A stretch of 64,000 nucleotides of DNA, taken from Bugula neritina (Eukaryota > Animalia > Bryozoa). The notes beneath the pieces were generated by a model. It was not told the DNA's origin. It searched no databases and worked only from the letters and a program-made list of their open reading frames with translations. The stretch lies in NCBI GenBank assembly GCA_964035545.1, contig OZ037767.1, positions 31,946,628 to 32,010,627 of the forward strand. The letters run 5' to 3'. The position numbers and the translations under genes were made by a program. Of this stretch, positions 37,321-51,002 are shown one piece after another. The first letter of the stretch is position 1. Each line of letters opens with the position of its first letter.

Positions 37321-38499
37321 TGTACTCTACTTCCTGCTGTAAGTAATAATAAACATGCTTTAAATTGAACATTAGTCCCAGCAAACATTCAATATCAGCA
37401 TAACTTGATTAATAACTTGAGGCATAGCCATGTCTTTACCAAATTCATAGCATATAGCTTTAACTAAACAATAATAATTTTAATACACATGTCAAAAATA
37501 AGTAAGAGTAATACATTTGTAGTGAGGTTTAATTAGTAGAAGAGCAAGTCTACATAAACTAAAACAGAATAATATAAACATTAAAACAAAATAAAATGAG
37601 AAGAACTCAACACACACTGAAAACCATTATCATTATGCATTGACAATCTGAATACTTGTATACATTTATTTATTAGCATAAAATGAATGTAATTAGTAGC
37701 TCAAATACAAAATAGAGCATTGTTTAAAGATTAAATTGCCATTTTAAATTAAAATTTATATGTACATTTGTATAACTAACTCTAAGTAGTTTATATTCAC
37801 AGGCATACTAATAGTTATTATATAATATATTTCTTTTAAATATAAATGATAATCATAATAACTATAATAATGATGATTATAGTGATCAAGTTGTCATTAT
37901 TAATTATGAGATAATATTAGCAATTGCTCAATTATTATTATGAATAGTAAACACGTTAATACAACTATTACAGATTTTGATCTTATTAAAATTTAACCTC
38001 TTTCACTAAGACTCTTTGCATTTTCAAAATGTTGATGTTAATACAAACAACAAAATAATTTTGTCATTTGTATTAACATCAACTGTGGCAAATGCAACAC
38101 AATTGATGTTCACTGTTATTCATTATTGTTACAAAATTTTAATTCAATAAATCATTTTTTAACTTTTAAGTGTATGATGATGATATAATTATTACAATTT
38201 ACAATTACTATTATATTTAATGAATTACATATTCATTATGATTTACAGTTAAGTAATACTAGTAGTAGTAGTAGTACTAATACTAATAGTAATACTAATA
38301 GTAATACTAAATCTTTCTAACATTAACAACTAACAAGTTGAAGTAGCAAGTACGAGTTAGAACTACAAGTAACAAGTAGTGAGTCAACTTTAAGTAGTAA
38401 TAGTAGTACTACTTACTATTACTAGTACGAGTCAGAGTACAACATTAAAAATAAAATTAAAAGTAAAAAGTAAAACTATTGAATTAAGCAAAAAGAAAC

Positions 38500-39000
38500 T
38501 AAACCATTATCAATCAATTTACCTTTTTTCAAATTTCTCTACAACAAATCAACTCCACTGTACGTAATACTAAAATAAAAAAGCTTTTAGTTTTATACCA
38601 GTTAAGAGTTAAGGGAACTGACTCTGAGTCTGTTGTTACTTGGCTTTGCAAATTGTGAATGTCAATTTTCGATGAACACGGAAACAGTACAGAAACGACT
38701 ATACATGGCTCGTTATAAAATTGATCTCTCTTGCATTCAAAATAATATCAATGTTAAAGGTTGACGAAACCATTTAACTATAAGTAGATAGTTCATTGGC
38801 CGAAACCAGCGTGAACTTTAACCCTTTAGACAAAACTTATCATTACTGCAGTCTAAAATAAGTGGAAGCACCCAATTTTTAACATTTGCAAATAACGGTA
38901 GACTACACGTTTTATGTTATACCACTCCGCTCTAATATTGCAACCTGAAGTCCAGAGCCACCTCTTGGCTTAAAGTTACACTAACACTTACAGATCTACC
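38500..39000. promoter_or_regulatory. Candidate bidirectional promoter between YJU2B (-) and NEMP1 (+)
   Basis: Head-to-head genes; minus-strand donor AAG|GTAAAT at about 38523 suggests a YJU2B 5' UTR exon; local CpGs and ATTGG at about 38796. Confidence 0.5.
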
Positions 39001-39009
39001 AGTGTTACT

Positions 39010-42000
39010 ATGACAGGATTGAATCAAATATGTAGTTTACAGTTACTTTTATTAGCGCTGTGTTGCCTAATGTTTATAGATTGTTTTACCTTTAGAAACC
39101 AGCCTAAACTCTTTACAGAAAAAAGTAAGTTTCACTTTTATTTCAACTTTAAAGTTTAAATATAAATCAATAATTTTAAAGGAAATTGATGTTGAACAAG
39201 TTATAAATTATAAATCACTCTTCAAGTTCGTCTCCAAGTGTCCATGTTTATTTTACATTTAATTTTAATATTTATCGTAATAGTATCGATTATTTAATGT
39301 TATTAATATTTCTACATATCCTCTAAAATAAAATCGAAATACTGATGGGCTTTTTGTACTCTTACTGACCAAGCGTTAGAGTAAATGTAATTAGTCGTAA
39401 GGCATTTATTTTAATTTAGTTTTACCTATTAGTATTACTTTAAAAATTATCTGTTGCTGAGACTCTACTCTAAATGTGAAAATTAATTATTGCCATCATG
39501 ATTGCAATCTTTACCATGATATTTATCTACTACTATGATTATTTATAGTTAACTAATTAAGCTATTAGCATGAATTATAGTATCATTATTACTATTAGTA
39601 TTACATTTACTCTTAGTCCCAGACTCACAGTCACTGTGATTGTGTGATTTGCAGTGACTGTGAGTGTCACTGTGAATTTTTGGGTAAGACTAAAAGTAAA
39701 AGTTATCAATTAGTTATTAATATTATTAAGTACTTAGTAGTGAATGAAATTAAATGAATAAAGTTGAATAATCAGTTAATGCTAGTGACTAGATATTAAT
39801 CAATGACTATATATTAATCATGCAGTAACTAAATATTGGTCAGTAACTAGATATTCATTTTAGCTAGTAACTAGTAAGAAACTAAACTACTGGATATAAG
39901 ATGTGATGTTCAGGTTATTAACATTGTCTGTCTCTTTAGTACCAAATACTGCAAACATTTGGACCAAGAAGAGAGAGAAAAAGTTGGAGTCCTCAACTGT
40001 AGATGTTTATTGCTTTGATGGGGAAGAGAAGTCTATGTTTAAGCTGTGGAAATCTGTCACAGTATGTAGTTTTGTGTAATAATAAAATATGCTAGCACTG
40101 TGCTGTGCCTTTGTATTTATTTGCATATTAGTGTTTTAGTTAAAGCAGTAAGTTGTTTAGGAAAACACCTGCTCAGCTTTGTACCTGCAAACCGGCCTCT
40201 AGATGTATAGTTGAAGAGATGTCATACACCCTCTGATTTACTCAGTATAATACCAGAAAGAGTAGACTAAATTAACCATGAGGTGAGTTCAGATAACTCT
40301 TACTGATGGTCAGTGTTTTAATGTGTAGCTCAGGTTCCACATACGAGAAGATGCCTCTTACGAGCTGTTTGAGGAGCCGACGGCTGAGCGAGTCTTCACG
40401 ATGTACAAGGAGAGTAGGCGGAGCTGGTTCTCTTTTCTTCCTGTGAAGACTACGGAGATATCTGTGAGTCTGTTCAACAAAACTTGCATAGGAATCGCAA
40501 CTTCTGAACCGTACGAAGTCTCTCGTCACTCGAAAGGTGGGTGTGGTCTACAGCATTATCTATTTATATCATACACTTCCATCAGTTACTGATTATATGA
40601 TATGTATAATGTATGCTTATATTCTCATGTGACACATTCTCTACTGTTTATATTTCCAGCACTCTACTCCCTCTACCTTATCTCTACCATCCTCTCTGTT
40701 CTTCTCTTCTACTCGGCAAACAAGTTGAGCAAGTATGTTATCTACCTTGTATATATTATCTACCTTGTGTATATATGTTATCTACCTTGTGTATATATAT
40801 GTTATCTACCTTGTGTATATATTATCTACCTTGTGTATATATGTTATCTACCTTGTATATATGTTATCTACCTTGTGTATGTATGTTATCTACCTTGTGT
40901 ATGTGTTATCTACATTGTGTATATATTATCTACCTTGTGTATATATTATCTACCTTGTGTATATCTATTATCTACCTTGTATATATATTATCTACCTTGT
41001 GTATATATTATCTACCTTGTGTATGTGTTATCTACCTTGTGTATATATTATCTACCTTGTGTGTATATTATCTACCTTGTGTATATATATTATCTACCTT
41101 GTATGTATGTTATCTACCTTGTGTATATATTATCTACCTTGTGTATATATGTTATCTACCTTGTATATATATTATCTACCTTGTGTATATATTATCTACC
41201 TTGTGTATGTGTTATCTACCTTGTGTATATATTATCTACCTTGTGTATATATTATCTGCATTGTGTATATATTATCTACCTTGTGTATATATTATCTACC
41301 TTGTGTATATATACTATCTATCTTGTGTATATATTATCTACCTTGTGTATATATGTTATCTACCTTGTACTATTACTATATATCTACACATGGTCTAGGA
41401 ATGCTGCCTTGTACTACGGAACTGGTGTAGGAATTGGACTTTTAGCCTCTTTCCTGATTCTCGTCTTCATAGTCAGCCGCTTCATCCCGGGCAGAAAGGC
41501 CGGTCTGGTGTTCTTGGTGACTGGAGGCTCGTTGTTTCTTGCCGGGGTGCAGTACCTGTGGCAGACGCACGTGCTCAGTCTGCTAGAGAGTTACTATGAT
41601 GTCATACTAGCCTACTTCGTGCTCAGTGCTATTCTCACATTTATCTTGCTCTATTGGTACGGGCCGCCCACCAACCCCCGCACTCTAGACATTGTTCAGT
41701 GGGCTATACAAGTATGTGGGTAATACACTACACAGTATACACTACACAGTACACACTACAGAGTATACACTACACAGTACACACTACACAGTACACAGCA
41801 TACACTACATACTATACACTACACAGTATGCACTACACAGTATACACTACACAGTACACACTACACACTACACAGTATACACTACACAGTACACATTACA
41901 CAGTATACACTACACAGTACACACTACACAGTATACACTACACAGTATACACTACACAGTATACACTACACACTACACAGTATACACTACACAGTACACA

Positions 42001-43405
42001 GTATACACTACACAGTACACACTACACAGTATACACTACACAGTACACACTATACACTACACAGTATACACTACACAGTACACACTACATATTGTACACT
42101 ACACAGTATACACTACACAGTACACACTACACAGTATACACTACACAGTATACACTACACAGTATACACTACACAGTATACACTACACAGTATACACTAC
42201 ACAGTACACACTATACACTACACACTACACAGTACACACTACACAGTACACACTACACAGTAGCTATACACTACACAGTGTACACTATACAGTACACACT
42301 ACACAGTACACACTACACAGTACACAGTATACACTACACACTACACAGTATACACTACACAGTACACACTACACAGTACACACTACACAGTACACAGTAT
42401 ACACTACACAGTACACACTACACAGTTAACAGTATACACTACACAGTATACACTACACAGTACACACTACACAGTATAAAGCAGGTACGCAACGTAGTGG
42501 TTATATTGTGTTTCAGGTGATAGCCTTAGCTCTACTTTACTACAGTATACAAGTGAGGGAGGTGGCAATCAGTGCGATGCTTATTCTTGTATCACTATAC
42601 AATCTTCCCCTGTCCATATTGAATCGTCTCTACACATTCTGGTAAGGCTAACTGTAGAATAGTTCTAGATTAACTGTAGAATATATCTAGACTATCTGTA
42701 GAATAGTTCTAGATTAACTGTAGAATAGTTCTAGATTAACTGTAGAATAGTTCTAGATTAACTGTAGAATAGTTCTAGATTAACTGTAGAATAGTTCTAG
42801 ATTAACTGTATAATGGTTCTGAACTGTTTCTAGACTAATCATGCCCAACTGTAGACTAATGATATCTTTTTGTGTATTTTCACGTAGGATTTCACGTTTT
42901 CCTCCAAAAAGGAAGTTACTCACTCTGGACGAGTACGAACAGGAAGCTGATGAGTTCACCAGGAGGTCACTGGCCGAGCTGAGGTCGTTCTGTAAGAGTC
43001 CCGATTGTGATGCCTGGAAAACCATCAGCAGACTGAAAACCCCCACCAGGTGGGTATTAGCATCCACCTGTCACACCCTGTCACATCCTCTCATATCCTG
43101 TCACATCCTCTCATATCCTGTCACATCGTGTCACATCCACCTGCCACAGCCACCTGTCACATCAACTTAACACGTCAACAAATATTGTATAAGATATAAA
43201 GCCACGTGTGTTTGTCATGCACAAGTAATATTGCTGTGTTATAGTTATAAGTCTTGTTCACAGGTTCGCTGAGTTTGTGGAAGGAAGTTCCCACATACAG
43301 GACGAAGAGCTGCTAGCGTACGACTCGGGGGACATCGCTTTATCCACTCCTTCCACTTCTTCTGACTCAGATGAGGATATCAACTTCCACCTTTCCACTC
43401 GGTGA
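39010..43405 (+). CDS. NEMP1: Nuclear envelope integral membrane protein (NEMP1/TMEM194)
   Basis: Signal peptide, TM cluster, [60 protein letters not shown]; approximate exons 39010-39124, 39940-40061, 40329-40536, 40660-40732, 41399-41711, 42518-42641, 42888-43048, 43264-43405. Confidence 0.92.
40733..41370. repeat. About 21-25 bp minisatellite (TTATCTACCTTGTGTATATA) filling a NEMP1 intron from the donor onward
   Basis: Begins at AGCAA|GTATGTTATCTACC. Confidence 0.95.
41723..42477. repeat. 14-bp minisatellite (TACACTACACAGTA)n with variants, filling a NEMP1 intron
   Basis: Directly visible. Confidence 0.95.
42649..42812. repeat. 22-bp repeat (TAACTGTAGAATAGTTCTAGAT)n
   Basis: Starts about 7 nt after the donor. 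Confidence 0.9.
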
Positions 43406-45038
43406 CCAGTTCACCTTGAGATGCGGTTTTAGATGATTTGACAGAACTATAGAGAACTAGCTATGTAGGTCTCACAAATGTGATCGGCTAAAAGCCATTC
43501 AGCATTCTCACAACCTACCGATTCCAACCGCGATTTGTATACTGTGAAGGTTTATTCAAAGGACAAAGGTTTTCACAAGGGCCACTATATTCACATTTAC
43601 ATGAAACTCTCGGTGCATAGTTCTGCTTTTCTACATCTTGAACTGTGTGATGACCTATATTCGTATCACTCTGTGCAGCTGAGGGTTTAGGTGATCACTC
43701 ATGCATATTCTCTTCTATCTTCATTTAGATAATTCTGTCTTATGATTTAATGCTTTTAGATGGTGCTGAGACCTAATAAGATCAATTAATATAGCCTCGC
43801 ATTATCTGTAATGTGATGATTTATACTATTAGTTTACATTGCCATGTAATGCCTGTTTATTTCTAAAAGACATTTTGTACAGTGTAATTAATATTTTGTA
43901 CATATTTGTAAACATTTTATATAGAATAAAGCTTTACTTCACATCGTTATTATGAAATATTGTAGGCATTGAGCTATAACCATAACTATAGTTTCAGTTC
44001 AGTGATTGTAGGAGTAAAATATTTGCATTCATGGTGAAGTGTGAACTAATGTTATAAACCGCATTTGAAATTTTATTCGATCTGAGTTGTCATCTCACGC
44101 CACATTAAACGAGAACAACATGGAATTGTTGTTGTAGCCAGTGTTCTTACAAGACCACTCGAAACCATCGCTTTTGTACCTCGCAGCGCTAAGGAGAAAT
44201 CAAACATTCGCAAAAAGAAACAAACGAGACTAGTGTTGCATAACTATAGCTCATTCAATAATTATTATAAATTATTATTGTTTAAATTATAGTAGTTCTG
44301 CAAATTCAATTGTAGTATTATTTACAACAGCGGCTATTAATCTATTTTTAACTTTTAGTTGGAATTTGTATAGCTAGATTTTGTATTTTATTCTAAGTAT
44401 TAGTAGGTATGTAAAAAAAGTCACATTAGATTAGATTAAGTTATTAGTTAAAGTTTGAGTTTAAAGGTGAAATAAATTAAAATTAATTCATTACTGTTAC
44501 TGTATTACATTTGATATTAGCATTTGCTACTAGACTAAGACTAATGACACGGACTACTCCGATCAGTAAACTCACAGTGACAGTAAAACTAAGTCAAAAT
44601 GCAATAATTATAAATATTAAGAAGTTGAAAATGAAATAAGTTATAAAATTAAATAATTATTATTAATAATAGTTAATACAGTAATACCGAATGTTACTGT
44701 TGGTCAAAATCTAAAATTTAAAGCCTGAAGCTAAAGTCAGCAAATGCTAAAACTAGATCTAGTGCAAGTAAAAGTAAATCAATTGTTATTAATAAAAGGT
44801 TAATACTTAATAAATTGAATGCTCGCTACCAGTTGGGCATTCAGTTTTGCTTACCTTGTATAGTCATGCTAATGAAAGCAGAAAATATCAAATAAAAGTT
44901 TAAGTATGCGTTGTGAATTATATACTAAAAGTTGCAAGTTATTGGCTATGATTATGGCCTATGGGCAAACTAACCCGAAAGCTTGTTCTATCACTAATGA
45001 ACTGTTATTTCTGTTTGCAGTAAAACTGTCTAGTGAAT

Positions 45039-46899
45039 ATGGCTTGCTTAAAGATTGTCTCTAAACTCCCACAAATGATAGAAAAATTGAGTGTATCGAC
45101 AACAGTATATCCATTAGCTTGTACCCAATGCAATTCTTTTGGTTTTCAACGATTTTCTACGAGTGCGTCATATAAAAACTCCAATCAAGACCATTTACCT
45201 CCTAAGGAGAAAGATGACAGTCACTATAGTGGAAGTGTATGTTCACCTATTAGCTGTCTTTAATTCATGCTGAGTTTCACTCAAACTTTTGCCAACGAAA
45301 TATTGTTTTCTAGAAGTGTGCTTTATAATTTGTCAGAAATATTACTGCTTGGCTCGTTGTAGTTTATATCTTGGAAATCTGTGATAGCCGCTGCAGGGGT
45401 TGGAACATTCGCTCTCTATGCTTTGAAAGAAATGATGAAAACTAAAGATGCAAGTATGTAGACTTGTAGACTATATGTTACTGTGTGGTATACATACTGT
45501 AAATTCTGTGTGGTATACGCACCGTAGTTTTCTATACTCGCTGTTCTGTTGATTCTAGACATAGCTGCTACCAAACAGGTCATGATAGGGAAGGCAGATC
45601 TGGGAGGTGATTGGGTACTTATCGATCACCATGGTGACAAGAGAAGTAACTTGGATTTCACTGGTCAGTGGGTTTTGCTGTACTTTGGGTTCACATTCTG
45701 TCCAGATATATGTCCAGAGCAGATGGAGAAGCTGGTGGAGACGGTGGATAGAATTGGTCAGTCGGTCTTCTTACAGTATACAGTAGTTAGTTGTATAGTT
45801 AGTAGTTAGTTATACAGTTAGTAGTATAGTTATATAGTTAGTAGTTAGTTGTATAGTTAGTAGTTAGTTGCATAGTTAGTAGGTAGTTGTATAGTTAATA
45901 GTTAGTTGTATAGTTAGTATTTTGTATAGTCACTGCAGTGTTCAACCTGACCTTTGTATTTATTTAGACGATGATCCCAGTCTACCAAATGTAACGCCAA
46001 TATTTATAACCTTGGATCCTGAAAGAGATACGCCCGTCCTACTAGCCAGATATGTCTCAGGTCTGCAACCTTCACTACTCACTTTACTTCCCTTTTATAA
46101 CTCTGATTTACAAGTTGAAATTCTTATCTTCTTCAAGTACCCATTCTTGTTTCAAGTCTTTTAAGCTAAATGCTGTTATTCCGCCAGCTGCTCAGATAAC
46201 AAACATTGCTCTAAGTATTCACATTATGTAATCTTGTGACACGCAGAATTCTCTCCCAAAGTCATCGGTATGACGGGCACGAAGGAGCAGATTGCGGCAG
46301 CAGCCAAAGCCTACAGAATCTACTACTCGGCTGGTCCTAAGGACGAGGAGAATGACTACATTGTGAGTCCGTCTGCATATCAGTTGTCTTCTCTTGTACT
46401 CTCTGTATGAGTTGTCTTCTCTTGTACTCTGCATATCAGTTGTCTTCTCTTGTAGCCTGTGTTCTTGTAGTCAGTAGTAACCTCTTCTAATAGCCTGTGT
46501 TCTACCTAATATTATCTTATACTTGTAATTATGTTACTAGCCTCGAGTTTATATGATTTAAACAGTCTACATTTTACAACGCAGCAGTTATCTTCTCTGA
46601 ATACAAGTATATTACTCATATGGTGCAATGCATTAACATGTAGTTAGAAGTTATCCTCTTCCTTTATGCTAATAGAAGGGAATATCCTCAACACTATATG
46701 ATGAGTGGATAGTTTAGAGTTGTCCCTTCTCTGTATTCAGGTGGATCACTCTATTATCCAATACCTGGTGGATCCAGAAGGGAATTTCTGTGAATACTTT
46801 GGACAGAACAAGACGGCCTCTGAAGTTTATCACGGAGCAAAGAAACACATGAAACAGTGGATTAAAGAACATCCAATGACTAAAACTTCATCTAAGTGA
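45039..46899 (+). CDS. SCO1: SCO1/SCO2 mitochondrial copper chaperone for cytochrome c oxidase
   Basis: [58 protein letters not shown]; approximate exons 45039-45235, 45363-45453, 45559-45756, 45969-46060, 46247-46362, 46741-46899. Confidence 0.95.
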
Positions 46900-46967
46900 C
46901 AGACATTTTTGTGCTCATTCTTATTTGTGTTCAGTCTTAGATAGTGTCTTATGTTTTTTATATTTCC

Positions 46968-47226
46968 AACAATATACTATGTGTAAGTTACAACATTGTA
47001 CATCTATAATGTACTATGTGTAAGTTACAACATTGTATATCTATAATATACTATGTGTAAGTTACAACATTGTACATCTATAATATACTATGTGTAAGTT
47101 ATAACATTGTACATCTATAATATACTATGTGTAAGTTACAACATTGTACATCTATAATATACTATGTGTAAGTTATAACATTGTACATCTATAATATACT
47201 ATGGGTAAGTTACAACGTTGTACATC
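46968..47226. repeat. 38-bp minisatellite between the convergent SCO1 and HLCS ends, about 6.5 copies
   Basis: AATATACTATGTGTAAGTTACAACATTGTACATCTAT-type unit. Confidence 0.92.
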
Positions 47227-47604
47227 AATGGCAGATGTATAGGGTTAGTGAAGTATTACATTAGAAAATTTACCATCAAAATAGACATAAAAACAGGCAC
47301 ACAATTCTATTATCATGTCATATAAACAACACTGGGATATGTACATGATGCTATGTACTGGATATGTACATGATGCTAAAAACAACACACTCACAAACCA
47401 TCTACAACAGCCAACTGTTAGACACAATATAAAGTTACACTGTAGTTCAGTCAAAACACTAAAACAAAACCTCACAGGAATTTATAACATGTTACTAGAT
47501 ATAGTCTGAGTGATACACACACTATAGTCTGAGTGATATTCACACTATAGTCTGAGTGATATTCACACCTTATAGCCTGAGTCCATATACATGTAGGTGA
47601 ATAT

Positions 47605-50600
47605 CTAAAACTGTTCCTTCACTTTGATCATATTGTGCATCATATCGTAAGAATTGCCATCGGGCTGCACACTGAATGTTGAACCATCTTCTCTCTGAAT
47701 CTTCAGGAAACCAAAGTCGTCTAACCCTAGGACTAGACCCTCTTGCACATGCTGGTCTGGTACATCCACTCTTTTACCACTGTGTAGCCAATACTGATAG
47801 TAAGTGTTCATGTATTCCCTTCTGTCGTTGTTCACCATATCTGTATAACATGATTTATCCTTTAAGGAAGACAACTCCAAATTTGATTCAGTACACCAAT
47901 GAATTGTCAGTTGAACTGCAGATTTGTTATTACAGAAACTGCAGATTGTAAAACCACATGTATACTATGAGATGGGTACAACCCTGTAGTATCCATGGTT
48001 ACACAAACACTCACTGGTATCCATGGTTACACAAACACTCACTGATATCCATGGTTACACAAACACTCACTGATATCCATGGTTACACAAACACTCACTG
48101 GTATCCATGGTTACACAAACACTCACTGATATCCATGGTTACACAAACATACACTCACCAATTAGCAGCTCCATCTCAGAGCAGACTCTTGCTGCCATAT
48201 ACTCCACGCTGACTTCAGGCACATCTGTGTGGTTGGCAGCATTGAAGTCAGCAATGACTGTGTTGAGATTCACAGTTGGCTTCTCATTCTGCACATTAAC
48301 ACCGACGCCTGAGAACACACAATCTAGAGTACTAGACCTCTACTCAGTATAACACAATCTAGAGTACTAGACCTCTTCTCAGTATAACACAATCTAGAGT
48401 ACTAGACCTCTACTCAGTATAACACAATCTAGAGTACTAGACCTCTTCTCAGTATAACACAATCTAGAGTACTAGACCTCTTCTCAGTATAACACAATCT
48501 AGAGTACTAGACCTCTTCTCAGTATAACACAATCTAGAGTACTAGACCTCTTCTCAGTATAACACAATCTAGAGTACTAGACCTCTTCTCAGTATAACAC
48601 AATCTAGAGTACTAGACCTCTTCTCAGTATAACATAATCTAAAGTACTAGACCTCTTCTCAGTATAACACAATCTAAAGTACTAGACCTCTTCTCAGTAT
48701 AACATAATCTAGAGTAGTAGACCTCTTCTCAGTATAACATAAGACATTGAGTCTGGGACACCTTCGCATCTGTTAGTGTACTCAATAGGCACTTGGCGAG
48801 GTTGAGAAGGTAGTAGGAGAAAGGCTTACCTACAGAACAGTGAAGTGTATTCTGCAGAATAGTTGATCTAACCATAACACCCCCAATTTTCACTTTGTCA
48901 TAGTAGATATCATTGGGCCACTTTACTCGCACCTTTATTGTATCGGCATTTCCTTTTCCTGTCTAAATATATTGATGGCTGATAATTATTATGAAGTATG
49001 AATAGAACACAACAATGTACACCACACAAATGCATACACCACATCATACTGCACAACACTGTACAACACACAAATGCATACACCACATCATACTGCACAA
49101 CACTGTACAACACACAACACTCTACAACACTGTACAACACTATACAACACACAACACTCACGTAGTTCTGTAGATGAGAGTGCATGGTCCTAGCCACAGC
49201 TACTGGAGGCAGAGTTTGGATGAGGGAGGGGGTCTTCCCTAGAGTAGAGTTGAGGTCACTCTTAACGAGCATAGTGATAGAGAGCGAGCCCGGTGGACTG
49301 AGCCAGGTGTTTCCTTCCCGACCTATCCCAGAAATCTGAGTGCCAGCAACGGCTGCGACGCCGCACGAGGAGGGAGAGCAGAACTGGAAGGGCTCGACCA
49401 TAGCCATGGTGGTGTTGGACACCATTTGGTAGATGAGGATTCTACCCAACACCCGGGAGGTAAGAGAGTGTTTGTATTTCTACAGGGGGCAGTATAGCAT
49501 TTAGTTAATAGTTACTTAGCTTTTAATTAAAACAAAACATTAGAAATAAAAAATATATTGCAAACAATATTTATTCAAACCTAAAATTGACAAATAATTG
49601 CAAAAAGGAGCAAAAAATAAGTATTGAAAGATAATTATGTAATAACTTCTTTCACAATAAATCCAAAACAAACTTAAGATAATGAGTACTAAGATAACAG
49701 TGTACAAGAACAACTAATAAATGCATGCCCTACCTGCCAGTTGAATGCATCGTTAGGTTTACAGGCTAGATTACTCTGTGTGGAGAGATTATATTCACCA
49801 ACTTTAGATATAGTTAGTATGTCGTCTCTTATCTTTGAAGGATGAGACTGTCTTACTCTTTCAATAAATTTGTTCAGCATTTCCTGTGAGAGAAATCAAT
49901 ACAGTAACTAGGCAACAATACAGTAACTAGGCAACAATATGGTAACTAGGCAACAACATGGTAACTAGGCAACAACGTGGTAACTAGGCAAAAATATGGT
50001 AACTAGGTAACAATACAGTAACTAGGCAACAACATGGTAACTAGACAACAATATGGTAACTAGGCAACATTACGGTAACTAGGCAACAATGTGGTAACTA
50101 GGCAGCAACATGGTAACTAGGTAACAATACAGTAACTAGGCAAACTATGTGAGACATAGAAACAAATTTCACAAAAGAAACAAACAGGAAGTGTGGGTGT
50201 GGCCTACCTCACCGTCCACGCAGTCTATTGAGCAGAGAGTGAGAGAAGTGCTGTCAGACGCATCTCCTTCCAACCCAATGCCGAGCCTCTCCAACACGTC
50301 CTTCATCATGGTGTGACGTAACGCATCACTTCCTGTGAGCAGCGACAGCGAGTCTGAATCAACAGCTGATTGGTCAGCACTTTTCTCCAAATGAACCTGA
50401 GACAAGATGCAGACGCCTTGGATACGGTTGACCGCCTCTGAAGGAATACACGTCCATATTGTGCACGGTAATATATTATATTATATACAGTAATATATAG
50501 TGTATACAGAAATATATATACTAATATACAACAATACATTATACTCTACAGTCTATACAGTAATATATTACTACTTACCTACAACCACAGGTATATTCGA

Positions 50601-50912
50601 GCCATGTCTAGAAGATGTAACTAAGGTAGAGAAGGTAATATTGTCTAGGAGACTTTTTTTGCTATTACTATTACTGTTAGTGTCACTATTAGTGTTGGCA
50701 ATATTACTACTATTAGTGTTACTACTAATAGTACTACTGTTAGTGTTACTGTAAAAGTACCTCCCTCGCACTAGGTGAGCTCTATTACTATTATATTCTG
50801 TCTCCATCACCTAAAATACACAGTAAATATAATTATAACTTCACACTGTGCGACATGTACATATCACAAAACAGTATACACTGACCCAGAAAGAGACAAA
50901 CAGACAGACAAA

Positions 50913-51002
<90 letters not shown>

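Noticed and set aside
40602-42520. Long ORFs of 230-370 aa within NEMP1
   Set aside because: Repeat-filled introns; only 40660-40732 and 41399-41711 are exonic.
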